From the IMG/VR virus record IMGVR_UViG_3300043570_002364, positions 2,245-66,244 of that record: a DNA stretch of 64,000 nucleotides; one strand, 5' to 3'. A model generated the notes under the pieces. It was not told the DNA's origin. It saw nothing but the letters and a program-made list of their open reading frames with translations, and ran no database searches. The position numbers were made by a program, and so were the translations under genes. This DNA comes from a virus. Lineage: Duplodnaviria; Caudoviricetes. Of the stretch, positions 29,301-37,640 are shown in pieces. Position 1 is the stretch's first letter. Every line of letters starts with the position of its first letter.

Positions 29301-32300
29301 CAATATTTATAGGTACAGGATTTGTATCTCCTCTCATTGAATTAAGCGTTAAATCATACTCAACATCTTTCATAGTTACTTTTGTATCTTCTGGGAAAGA
29401 TATTGATACAGATCTATAAGATACTTTACCATCTTTGTCTTGTTTAGTTTTAACTACAGTAAATATTTTTTTACCATTCTCTATTTTTTCTTTAGTAAAA
29501 AATGGATCTTTCTTCTCACCTTCTGGTTTTTTGTTTTCTTTTGCAACATGCTCTTCTGCTTCTTTAGATATATCACCTATAGAATTTGATTCATCACCAT
29601 AAGTTATTTTATGTCCATCTTCTGAATTTTCAATAGTAATATCAGAAACTGGTAATTCAATTTTATTTTCATCTATTTTATTAGATACCTCAACTGGTTT
29701 TTTAACTTCTGTTTCTTCTGGCTTTAATTTTCTACTTATTATATCACCTTCTTTAGCTATATTATATTCACCTTTATCAAAAAATGTTTTAAGAGCTAAA
29801 TCAGTAGCATTATCCAATGCAGATTTATCATAATTAATATTTTCCCCATGCTTATTTAAAACTCTTTCAAATACTTCTTTCAAATATCTATAAAGAGCTG
29901 TTACTATACTACTTACCCCTCCAAATTTTGCATCTTCTAAATATGTGCTATATGAAACAGTCTTTTTAAAATCTTCCTTATTTTCAATAAGTATTTTTTC
30001 AATATTATCCCTAAATTGATGGTTAACCAATAATTCTGACATAAACTCTTTAAAATCACTTAATCCATAATTTTTACCTTCATATTTAAAATCTTCACCA
30101 TATGGGAATTTTTCTTTTATGTATTTATAGGTTTCTTTAAGAGCTTTATAATCTTTATTGTTTTCATTTGCATACCTGCTACTCATGCTAACCCAATGCA
30201 TTAATTCATGAATACCTGATAAATATGTATTATTATTTGTATTTTCAGCCATTTTTAATTCCTTAAATGATAATAACCCTCCTAAAAGTTTTGTATCACC
30301 ATAAGTACCAACTGCTCTTCCATTATTAGGTATATACCCTTCATTTACAAAAAATTTAACTTTTTCTAACCCTGGCATTCCTGAAATAGCAGTAACTAAT
30401 GGTTTTAAAGGCCCATCAATTTGTGATAATTTTTCTGCAAATTCTTTAGCATTACGAGTATTTTCTTGATTAATACCCATACTAGATAAAGTAATTTTTT
30501 TATTTTTTGTACCATATTTATCATAACCGGGAAGATTTTTAAAATTCTTATAATCTTCAGCTGTTACTATTTTTATTGGTTCAACTTCTTCAATTGGTTC
30601 AACGGTTTCAGTTGTAACTATTTCTTCAGTTGGTTTAACTTCTGGAGCTTTCTCTTCTTCTATTTTTCTTTTAGCTACTCTTTCTTCTAAACCTGCGAAT
30701 GGTTTCCCCGTTTCTTCAGAAAAATTACCTTTATATATATCATTTATTTTTTCTTCATTTTTAAGCCATTCATCAGCCATTTTCTTTTTCAATTTCTCAG
30801 GTAATTCTTTCTTCATATTATCCTGCATCAATTGAGATTGAATTTTTCTAGTCATTAACTCAATGGCTTGCTTTTCTTTTAACTTTTTACCATTTTCGTC
30901 CACCATTGGAGTTTTTTCTAGTACTTTAGCTGCTGCTTCAACATTTTGTTTTGCTTGATTATAAGCTTCATTTGTCATTTTACCATTAGCCTTTGCTTTA
31001 TCTAATTCATATAAAACTTCATCTTTATGTAAAGCTGCTGTATATAAATCTCTTTTATTTTTATTTTCTAATGTAACCATTTCCAAGCCAGCACCACCTA
31101 TAGTATTTAATAAAGCAAATGATAATGCATTAAGAGCATGTTCTTTTAACATCTCTTTATTTATTTCTTTCCCTTCTAATATATCCTTTCCAAGCATAAC
31201 AGCTTCAAAGGTAGTTGCACTTTCTGCACCTGTTAATGCTTTTCTTGGAATAATATCTTTAGCGTTATTTAAAAATCCTTTTAATGTTGAATTTGGATTT
31301 TTAACAGCATTTAATATTTCTTTGTCTGACATTTTACCTATTACGTTAGATGCCATACCACCTGCCTTACTAGCAGCTCCTCTTACATATTTTACAAGAT
31401 CTTCCCCAACCCCCGCAGCTTTAAAAGCTAATGAGTTTACAAATATATTACCCCAGGCAGCATTTTCAGCATCAGGGTTATTCGCTTTCATTTGTTGTGC
31501 TAATTCTTGATTATAAGATGTTAAAGCAACAGCACTAAACATTTTAGTAAAAGAACTTAGTGTTTTAGGCAATATAGATGGAGCACCTGCAGCCATACCT
31601 TCAGTCAATGCCATAGTTGCAATAAATGGGGCTAAATCTGATGCAATATTTAATACTGATGAAGCCATAGAAGTGGCACTTAAATTCCAACTTGTATCAG
31701 CAGTAGAAATTTCATATTTACCTGGATTTTTTCGTAATAATAAATCTACTTTTTCTGTTTTTTGATCTTTAGTTAAAGTGTTATCTTTATTAACTTTATT
31801 AATTTGCTCTTGTAAATCTTTATCAATTTTAGGCATAGGTCTGACTAAGGCACTTTGTGCTCTAGTTGGCATAGTTTCTATTTCAGATTCAGTGCTTAAT
31901 CCTAATGTCTTTAAAGCCATTCTATTTTCAGTTTCCTTACTTCCAAAAATACCTGCCCCTAAGTTTGCTACTGTTCCCCCAATATTTAACAAGCCTCCTT
32001 TCAATTTCCTAGCAGCATTACCTAAGATTGAATTTCCATTATCTGTTAATTCTTGAGCAATTTGATAAGTATCTATATCTTTAGCATATGGGTATAAATC
32101 AGGCAAATTATTTAATCTATCTGTCGCTTCTTTTACTCTTTGTGATAAATCATTAAATTTATTTAAATCTTCTTCATCTAATACATTACCTTGTTGATTT
32201 GCCTTTTTAGATAATTCATTTAATTCTTGTTGCCCATTATTTATAAAAAGCTGCAAACCGGTTTCTTCTAAATTTTTTCTTTGTTCTTCGTAACCTGCTT

Positions 32301-33453
32301 GCTCATATGATGATTTAAAATCTTCAGGATTAACATCTAAAAATTTTCTATAATATTCAGCAGTTTTATCATCCATTCTATCTAAATAATTCAATCCAAT
32401 AGATTGCCATTCGTTTAAATTACCAATAGGATTTAATCTTTTATCTGTATAATCTTCTAATGTACCAAATGAACCAGATGTACTAATTGCTAAATCTTGT
32501 AAAGCTTGTTGTTGTTCTTTTGGATCTCTTATGTATTGCTTTATTGCATCAGATGCTTGCTTAATATAATATTGCTTATTCTCTAAAGTGGTATTTGGAT
32601 TAAAAATCTGATTTGCAATAGTATTTAAATTTTCACCTATTTTTTCATATTCTTGTTTATTTGTAGCTACATTTTCTTTACCACCAATTTTAATCCAATT
32701 ATTAGCTAAATCATCAAAATTACTAACAAGATTTTGTTGCCACAAATCTCTATGTATTCTTTTAGTAAAATTATCTGGATCTTCTTTATAAGCTTTTACT
32801 ATTTCTTCATCATTACCATATGCACCGGTATTTGGATCAATATAGTTTTTATTAGGTAGATTTCTTACTCTTTGTAATGATTCTCTAAAATCTTTTGGGA
32901 ATCCTTGCTCATCTAAATGCTTTTCTATATCACTAGCAATCTTAATTTTATCAGGATTGTAATCTGTGCTTGATTGAACAGGCATGCCACTCATGTCAAG
33001 TGCGACATTATTATTTACTTCTTTTTGTTGTAAATCATATGCTTGTCTTGCTAAAGCAACTGGGTTTGCATTTTTATCAAATGGCTCAGTTCTTGGTATA
33101 GATTTTAATGCTGATTCTAATTGAGCATATCCATCTGCACCAGTCGCGACAAGATTTTTTTTTTCAGGAATGACAACATCTAAGCTGTCATTAAATGCCT
33201 TAAAATCAGGCACATTACCTGCGCCATATACATCTAATAAATTTTCACGAACTGCATATCTATATTTAGGATCTGCAATTTTTTGAGAAAATATTTCATA
33301 TGTAGGCAAATGATCTTGACCATATGCATCTAATAAATTATCATATACTTTTTTTGTATAAGGATTTGGCTTCGGCTTTGGTTTTGGATCTGGATCAGGA
33401 GTAACTATTGTTTCAACTGGTAATATATCTTCTTTTATTATTTCTTCTGCCAT
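23368..33453 (-). CDS. giant virion/ejection (large polyvalent) protein with zincin-like motifs
   Basis: 3361 aa, third of three putative cargo genes; HELMH and RAVHDYFGH...ETRGQNSWVN motifs. Confidence 0.7.
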   Translation of the reverse strand: MAEEIIKEDILPVETIVTPDPDPKPKPKPNPYTKKVYDNLLDAYGQDHLPTYEIFSQKIADPKYRYAVRENLLDVYGAGNVPDFKAFNDSLDVVIPEKKNLVATGADGYAQLESALKSIPRTEPFDKNANPVALARQAYDLQQKEVNNNVALDMSGMPVQSSTDYNPDKIKIASDIEKHLDEQGFPKDFRESLQRVRNLPNKNYIDPNTGAYGNDEEIVKAYKEDPDNFTKRIHRDLWQQNLVSNFDDLANNWIKIGGKENVATNKQEYEKIGENLNTIANQIFNPNTTLENKQYYIKQASDAIKQYIRDPKEQQQALQDLAISTSGSFGTLEDYTDKRLNPIGNLNEWQSIGLNYLDRMDDKTAEYYRKFLDVNPEDFKSSYEQAGYEEQRKNLEETGLQLFINNGQQELNELSKKANQQGNVLDEEDLNKFNDLSQRVKEATDRLNNLPDLYPYAKDIDTYQIAQELTDNGNSILGNAARKLKGGLLNIGGTVANLGAGIFGSKETENRMALKTLGLSTESEIETMPTRAQSALVRPMPKIDKDLQEQINKVNKDNTLTKDQKTEKVDLLLRKNPGKYEISTADTSWNLSATSMASSVLNIASDLAPFIATMALTEGMAAGAPSILPKTLSSFTKMFSAVALTSYNQELAQQMKANNPDAENAAWGNIFVNSLAFKAAGVGEDLVKYVRGAASKAGGMASNVIGKMSDKEILNAVKNPNSTLKGFLNNAKDIIPRKALTGAESATTFEAVMLGKDILEGKEINKEMLKEHALNALSFALLNTIGGAGLEMVTLENKNKRDLYTAALHKDEVLYELDKAKANGKMTNEAYNQAKQNVEAAAKVLEKTPMVDENGKKLKEKQAIELMTRKIQSQLMQDNMKKELPEKLKKKMADEWLKNEEKINDIYKGNFSEETGKPFAGLEERVAKRKIEEEKAPEVKPTEEIVTTETVEPIEEVEPIKIVTAEDYKNFKNLPGYDKYGTKNKKITLSSMGINQENTRNAKEFAEKLSQIDGPLKPLVTAISGMPGLEKVKFFVNEGYIPNNGRAVGTYGDTKLLGGLLSFKELKMAENTNNNTYLSGIHELMHWVSMSSRYANENNKDYKALKETYKYIKEKFPYGEDFKYEGKNYGLSDFKEFMSELLVNHQFRDNIEKILIENKEDFKKTVSYSTYLEDAKFGGVSSIVTALYRYLKEVFERVLNKHGENINYDKSALDNATDLALKTFFDKGEYNIAKEGDIISRKLKPEETEVKKPVEVSNKIDENKIELPVSDITIENSEDGHKITYGDESNSIGDISKEAEEHVAKENKKPEGEKKDPFFTKEKIENGKKIFTVVKTKQDKDGKVSYRSVSISFPEDTKVTMKDVEYDLTLNSMRGDTNPVPINIDKNLIKPIEEVKSTEIMPEVTVEGLTEGYKVLSGKKENAVGDIRQDASEARIEGKDTFTKETIKDGKKTFTLVDTTLRDDFERPGYKSASITLPEGTKLTIEDLMPALEAGLKGGKIEPIKIGEKVSEITPIPEIKDFTLGYAPFKEGKITDISQGDKAFDNKAFKAWKKMANTFAENIGLEIVSDNNTIGKYGATSTIGEASSVPTVRGTKEQVELFAALMGTLAPEGQHSVMTLEYNPNGKTEEHRITFKDRKAAQEFLENSAKYGIEDISLFPESNTVMILDNGNVDHKTLNNDYENRITGHKRLKVNQDFITQDRYSGLLQKYGDSLGGRYPSAYGENITDAIQLAKERAGRFGSDYDQKSEQAQIEAKEATKNYIDKNKKSLGLPDTEETTVKKVDTELAKKIKDAYDALPVDDSKNPEVAAAYNKAAEEIDKQFQYLTKDLGIKVEFIKDDPYKNSNEMFEDIINNKRLKVFQGGEDHPFLGEVTKDANGFTGNEKFRAVHDYFGHFVNRNQFGKIGEETAWVDHSKMFSPDAQRAVSTETRGQNSWVNFSGVNDAAIEKMKQGNDLIKEGKITEGNKLIAEGQAEFKYAEQKVALMPEELTDWYQYTEQGKAPKTKVKIQEPEIEEVQPVKTPQQVEISKRALGENYNFSKEFDVRGGDVVATDVLTEVTKRAEENNVDVPTQRAIEVNRMADGNAEPTEYNIITAGSHLLSIDKKIDIAQNTGNLVEVENLTQQREQVLSVLRNLGNKAGRNLGLFNLVFQETDRSEIKLTRDHLKNILKVEEVPETIAELDKSNLTAEQRKTVRPYVEKIEKAKAQFNSIEKEVNSSIVKINDQEINAALDKARSEGKKQGFEEGLKSASNDVKQKKSKQLKDLASKIRISDEYDRFLKGSDGKNIEKMGIDFGTYKEMVANVIDAVAKAVELGENLTDALRKAVDKFKDIDKEKLIKDAKTIISKSQLPDTKETLDAINKLAKAEGITNINKTLADKGLIKDIVNSYLGEELTNDQVLDAATKDLKSILPDVTREDVADAYAERNQFKKQTKAKLEDEINKKKADVRRLAVKEARLRALEAANDYHAEESTQNKKAVRSEYEAELDEKIKALLKEKSDAQKVQKTSKSPKTEQDKIDEINREIEYVKTTKSVYEQAIKNPKKASDALIAAREERAKTYADLGLKLEKSAKPPILIERDYQEALSQIERSDLSNQEKNDRKEELKAQRDLDLLGTKQSVVSSLSSDLDAIIESSMEKAVDATIAKDQETANSNLRVKDKLQDIKDLLNPTGEKIDDQINKAYNKLNELLVDEKITKESKSEINQLIKNLKNNNQLTSDQLSAQRLKKQFENEIRTAETDIASGNFTKIPSTTYDFRRNDELVRLNKARENKSGQFNRLVADAKEKARTTTEKALDLSTKFLVSGIHTTLKVAEAGSFKPFIDSMVDLTFGRVASYITGAPYTSLYSVKKGFKTFAAFKNKEAAEKYINKLKDNRDYALENLQNAYENGSESDIKKADKEFKKADLEYAVSTLYNSIESNSLNSFWQYIKHGATDYDVSIGKSTKKDISDYRTILGKTGYVLDGWIRMHGAMKSTLSARPEMMKVFSSTLKYFQRKGMELSPENISTAMVLAADAYEAGRLTNKTALSKIISRGKGSEKSKYTRYITKGLMPVSTIAVNLAKRGIDYSTLGTEGFVRLANETKKGMKLNEVEGKTYDGLISAIKDGWKQIPLKERVYINGVIGRGLFGSAIMLATAYGLANGNVKYGGTYDDQRKRKIMGSDGQQLKAGEWEFFGVRLPKAASLFLNHLPEFLSVSLIADNYQINQMGGSAGDKFETTIDEVEARLPFQTLAGMFVPGKRVNTLVDRFTRIPIAAEIGGFFDEKGEFRDKKDFMNRIRGNVGLGVFNPTKKQQEQIDILYDRIKNVPPSAQTPEFKAKMNKAIETMKNIDFKELEVKEATEKAMEEARKAMEAEKNKKN

Positions 33454-33463
33454 TATATTAGAT

Positions 33464-34903
33464 TTAGTTCATTTTATTTTTTGGTGTCTTTTTAGGTGTT
33501 CCACCGCTAATTATGTCAACGCTTCTTTGAGAGCCTACAGCATCATCTACTATCTTACTAGATAAAACTTCGGTTACAGGAACAGCTTTTTCCCAATCAT
33601 ATTCTCCTGGTATAATAGCACCATTTGATTTCGTTTTAGGATAAGCATAAATTATAGTACCATTGCTTGGATCTCTACCAAATATAGGTGTTAATTCAAT
33701 CTTCTTAGTTTCATATGGAAGATTTTGATTCATCAATGCCTCATCTGCAATTGTTTTAGGTATTTCTTTTGATCCTTTATATGGATTTGTATATGTTACT
33801 GGTAAATTTAATCTATTAAGATTTTTATTTGGCCCAATAACATCAGAAGTTATATAGCTAGCTAAAGCATTATTATACACTTTTTGACTACCTTGCATTG
33901 CAATTGCTTTTAAAATAGTGTTAGTATTTGATGCATCATTAGCTGATGTAATTTTGTATTTTCTATACCAATCTTTAAATTTACCCTCATCATTCATTAC
34001 CATTTCTGTTGATGTAATAGTTTCTCTTTCTTGATTTGCAGCTGCAAAAGCTCTAGCTAAATCGCTACCTGATTGTATGGTTGGTTTTACCATTTGAACT
34101 GTAGCTGGATCTTGATAAGTATATAATTCCCCAAAAAGAGGATTTAATTTATCTACTAACTTTTTATCATTATACAATTCATCAAAATGTTCTTTTACTC
34201 CTTCATCACTTGCATATTGATCATATGCATTATCACCCATTTTCTTTAATGCTTGATTTGAAGCAATAAGTTTTGTAATTTTTTGATCATACCCGGTATT
34301 TTTACCGTTATCAATAATTGGCTCTGACTTAGTATCTTCTATTAATTTAATTTTACTCGCAGTATTTTCAAAGAATTTTTTAGGATCATATGCATCAAAT
34401 ACTTTAATATTTGCAAATGATGGTTCTTTATATTCAGAAGAACCATATGGTTTATCAGCAGCATCTAGAACATCTATAACATTAGCACTAATTCGTTTAC
34501 CAGTAGCTCTATATTTATCAACTTCATCTTTAAAAGCTTTTACTTTAGCTGTTTTTTGCTTTGCGCCATCAATATAAGCTTGCATATTTTTGTACTTTGA
34601 TGTCAATGTACTATTAGCTTCATAACCATCTCTGGATGGTTTTCTTATATTTTCTTTATTTTTGATACCATATTCTTGTGCATCATTTAACATATCTCTA
34701 AAAACAATAAGTTCTTTATCACCAAGTCCAACAGGGTTTATTTGTTTTTCCCAGTCTTTAAAATACTTATCCATAGCCTCACCTCTAGCCTCGTTTTTTG
34801 TTGCTTGATCAATTAAAACTTTTGTAGCAGCACCCCCTAAATCTAAATTTAATTTTGCTCTTCTATATGGATTACCCCCCATTAAACCTGTACTTTTACC
34901 CAT
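33464..34903 (-). CDS. putative internal virion/ejection protein
   Basis: 479 aa, helical, lies between the small ejection protein and the giant protein. Confidence 0.55.
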   Translation of the reverse strand: MGKSTGLMGGNPYRRAKLNLDLGGAATKVLIDQATKNEARGEAMDKYFKDWEKQINPVGLGDKELIVFRDMLNDAQEYGIKNKENIRKPSRDGYEANSTLTSKYKNMQAYIDGAKQKTAKVKAFKDEVDKYRATGKRISANVIDVLDAADKPYGSSEYKEPSFANIKVFDAYDPKKFFENTASKIKLIEDTKSEPIIDNGKNTGYDQKITKLIASNQALKKMGDNAYDQYASDEGVKEHFDELYNDKKLVDKLNPLFGELYTYQDPATVQMVKPTIQSGSDLARAFAAANQERETITSTEMVMNDEGKFKDWYRKYKITSANDASNTNTILKAIAMQGSQKVYNNALASYITSDVIGPNKNLNRLNLPVTYTNPYKGSKEIPKTIADEALMNQNLPYETKKIELTPIFGRDPSNGTIIYAYPKTKSNGAIIPGEYDWEKAVPVTEVLSSKIVDDAVGSQRSVDIISGGTPKKTPKNKMN

Positions 34904-34917
34904 TACAATTTATTTTA

Positions 34918-35574
34918 TTATTTGATTTTACCACCTGCTGCTACTTTTGCTGCCGCTTTTGCTGCTCTTGCTCCTTTACGATCATCAAAGTAATCCTTAT
35001 ATAATCCTTTAGCTCCAAGAGCAGCTATATTACTAACTCCAACAGCAGCATTTTGGAATCCAACACCGGCCTGTTCATTAGCAGAAGCCATTTGCATTTG
35101 ATCTACTCCTAACCTTGTTTTATATGGAGTCATTTGGTTAATATCAAATGCTTTAGCTGTTTGGCTACCTTGCATATTAGTAGCACCACCTAATTGAGAA
35201 AATTGAGAATTTTTATTTTGAATAGCTCCACCGATTGCCCTATCTTTTTGATCTTGAACCATTTGATTTATTTTTGAAGCCATCCCAATTGCGGCACCTC
35301 TTGATTGCCCTGCTTTTAAAGTATTAGCAGCTGTTCTATTAGCCTGCTTAATTGATTCCGCATACCCAGCACTTTGAAAAGGGTTTTCATTATATCTATT
35401 CAATGCTAATTGATAATAATCTTTGATAGATTTATCTGGTTTGTAAATAGGACTATTAGCGGCAAGTTTATCTAGTCTTTTTTGCGCTTTGTCAGCTTTT
35501 CTTTGGTTATCAATACCTTGGTAAATACCGAATCCGGTACCTAAAAGTGATGCTCCTGTTGCTACGAATGACAT
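34918..35574 (-). CDS. putative small ejection (pilot) protein
   Basis: Gly/Ala-rich hydrophobic N-terminus, Q/A-rich helix, typical podovirus position. Confidence 0.6.
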   Translation of the reverse strand: MSFVATGASLLGTGFGIYQGIDNQRKADKAQKRLDKLAANSPIYKPDKSIKDYYQLALNRYNENPFQSAGYAESIKQANRTAANTLKAGQSRGAAIGMASKINQMVQDQKDRAIGGAIQNKNSQFSQLGGATNMQGSQTAKAFDINQMTPYKTRLGVDQMQMASANEQAGVGFQNAAVGVSNIAALGAKGLYKDYFDDRKGARAAKAAAKVAAGGKIK

Positions 35575-35576
35575 AT

Positions 35577-36068
35577 CTATAAATATTTATTGTTAAGACC
35601 TTTTTTAAATTCAATATGCATATCAGTCCCAGTTAAATAATTAATATGAGGTTCTAATATTTCATTTTCTATTTCATCCACTATTTCTTGTTTTTTCTCT
35701 TCACTTAATTCATTGTACTTTGATGTCATATTTGGCAGTGGATGATAAGTTGTCCAAATACAATCTTCTACAATATATAAAACCCTTCTAGTTCCAGCTT
35801 CAGTTATACCAGTATAAGGAGCTGATATTTCACACCAATCTTTTCCATCAATAGATACAGCCACAGTTCCATGAGAAATCGTATATGGATGCTGTGTTTT
35901 ATGTATCATACTAGTAATCAAAGAACCAGCAGGCATTGCAATTTGTCTTATATACATGCCTTCTGTAAACTTATGCGTTAATGGACAATCTATTAATTCA
36001 AGATTTTCAACAATAGCTTTTTCTAATTCATCAACTCTATTGTCATTTTTTCTTTCAATACCTACCAT
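35577..36068 (-). CDS. cupin-like protein
   Basis: HKFTEGMYIRQIAMPAGSLITSMIHKTQH...GTRRVLY..EDCIWTTYH. Confidence 0.65.
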   Translation of the reverse strand: MVGIERKNDNRVDELEKAIVENLELIDCPLTHKFTEGMYIRQIAMPAGSLITSMIHKTQHPYTISHGTVAVSIDGKDWCEISAPYTGITEAGTRRVLYIVEDCIWTTYHPLPNMTSKYNELSEEKKQEIVDEIENEILEPHINYLTGTDMHIEFKKGLNNKYL

Positions 36069-36070
36069 TT

Positions 36071-36619
36071 TTATCTATTATTTAATGGAGAATTAATAAA
36101 TTTAGTCGTTGCGCTGTTCAAATATACGAAAGAATTTGCATTATTATTAGCAAATTTTATGGTAATATACCCTCCTTTTAAGCTATCCCCTTCAATTAAG
36201 CCACCTGGACTGTTCTGGTCTTTAAAGAATGATGCATGATATTCAGATTCAAGGGTTTGGAAATCACTTTCAAGCAACGTACTTTCTTGTTGTACCCCAT
36301 TGGTTGACATTTGAGTATAAATTATAGGACATTCCCATATACTATTACCCGTTTCCATTACAGAAATCCAAGTTTTTTTGTCTAATGCCCCTCCAGAACT
36401 AAATACAGACGTTATTTCAGCTGGATATTGAACCCCATAAAAATTACAATATGTATTATTTTTATGCATCCAAATAGCCCCATTTTTAAATGTAAAAACC
36501 GTAATATTCAAACATCCCATCATTTCTGGGTGATATGAATAAAATGATTCAAACCCATTAGCTACTTCATCAAATGAAATAGTATATGGATCCTGGTGAT
36601 ATAATAATGTATTTGGCAT
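36071..36619 (-). CDS. C-terminal segment of the tail muzzle/stabilization protein, encoded as a separate ORF
   Basis: TISFDE..NGFESFYSY.PE.M......FTFKNG.IW.H.....NFYG...EGDSLKG.Y, recalled as the end of Crassvirales-type muzzle proteins. Confidence 0.65.
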   Translation of the reverse strand: MPNTLLYHQDPYTISFDEVANGFESFYSYHPEMMGCLNITVFTFKNGAIWMHKNNTYCNFYGVQYPAEITSVFSSGGALDKKTWISVMETGNSIWECPIIYTQMSTNGVQQESTLLESDFQTLESEYHASFFKDQNSPGGLIEGDSLKGGYITIKFANNNANSFVYLNSATTKFINSPLNNR

Positions 36620-36629
36620 TTTTTAATTT

Positions 36630-36986
36630 TTAAGGTGCAGTAGTAGTGGTTGTAGTCGTAGGTGCAGCCGTTGTAGTTGACGTTGTAGTTGAAGTCGTAG
36701 TCGTTGTTGGAGCCGCAGTTGTAGTAGTAGTCGTTGTTGTTGGCCCCGCAGTGGTGGTAGTAGCGTTTGTTACATTTATATTTAGAAAATTAACACAATA
36801 AGTAGTTGATTTTACTCGTACTATAGTTGCAGCAGTAGGTAAATTATTTGACAAAAACCCAGCTAAGAGTTGTGCCCTTGTTATTCCTGTTTCAAAAGGG
36901 ACAACATAAGAATCTGAATTTGAATATAAATCAAAAGGGCCTGCTGCCGTACCTATTGTTGTTAATGTTATTGTAGCTGTTGCCAT
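36630..36986 (-). CDS. small beta-rich virion protein with mucin-like Thr tail
   Basis: ITLTT.G...GPFDLYS...IVRVKST..C.N domain plus a C-terminal Thr/Ala/Pro tract of about 45 aa. Confidence 0.65.
   Translation of the reverse strand: MATATITLTTIGTAAGPFDLYSNSDSYVVPFETGITRAQLLAGFLSNNLPTAATIVRVKSTTYCVNFLNINVTNATTTTAGPTTTTTTTTAAPTTTTTSTTTSTTTAAPTTTTTTTAP
36649..36755. repeat. 107-bp exact direct repeat, copy 1 (Thr-tract coding)
   Basis: Identical to 37816-37922 by manual comparison. Confidence 0.85.
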
Positions 36987-37002
36987 ATATTATTATTATT
37001 AT

Positions 37003-37596
37003 TTATAAACATGATGATACATAAGCCCCTACTGCACCTGTAGTTGTATTATAATTATAAATAGAACTAGGCAGGAATCCATAAGAATTATTTCTAACAA
37101 AAGAATACCCTGTAAATGGCGTAGCTCCATAAGGATCTAAAAACAAAAATGCAGGAACATTGAAAATACACAAAGGATCACCAGGATCACATGGGGGGCC
37201 ATAAACAGGAGTTGTTGGGCCTATACAAATATTATTAGATCCACTTCCACCTATGACACCAAATACAAAATTATTAGGATAATAAACATATGGTGATTTT
37301 ACTACTGTTCCACCAGCTAGTAAACAATCTGCATTTGTAGTTGTTGTTGATGTAGTTGTTGTTGATGTAGTTGTTGTTGTAGCAGGTGAAATAGCAATAG
37401 TTAATGCATTAGTGCATATTCCTTGAGAAGTAACGAATACTTGAGTAGCTGTATTATCAGCAAGAACTGTTACTCCTACCAATAATTCGGCTAAAGTAGC
37501 AGTTGCTGGCACCAATGTACCAACATTTGCAGTTAATGTAAAATTAGGGCCTAAATCTGTACCTTGATTTGAATTTAATTTAACTAGTATATACAT
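37003..37596 (-). CDS. paralogous beta-rich virion protein with internal Thr linker
   Basis: GTDLGPNF...ATQVFVTSQGICTN resembles 36630..36986; TTTTTSTTTTSTTTT linker; Cys-containing C-domain. Confidence 0.6.
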   Translation of the reverse strand: MYILVKLNSNQGTDLGPNFTLTANVGTLVPATATLAELLVGVTVLADNTATQVFVTSQGICTNALTIAISPATTTTTSTTTTSTTTTNADCLLAGGTVVKSPYVYYPNNFVFGVIGGSGSNNICIGPTTPVYGPPCDPGDPLCIFNVPAFLFLDPYGATPFTGYSFVRNNSYGFLPSSIYNYNTTTGAVGAYVSSCL

Positions 37597-37640
37597 AATT
37601 TATTTTTATTTACAGCTTTTTATTAATTTTATATTTACAA

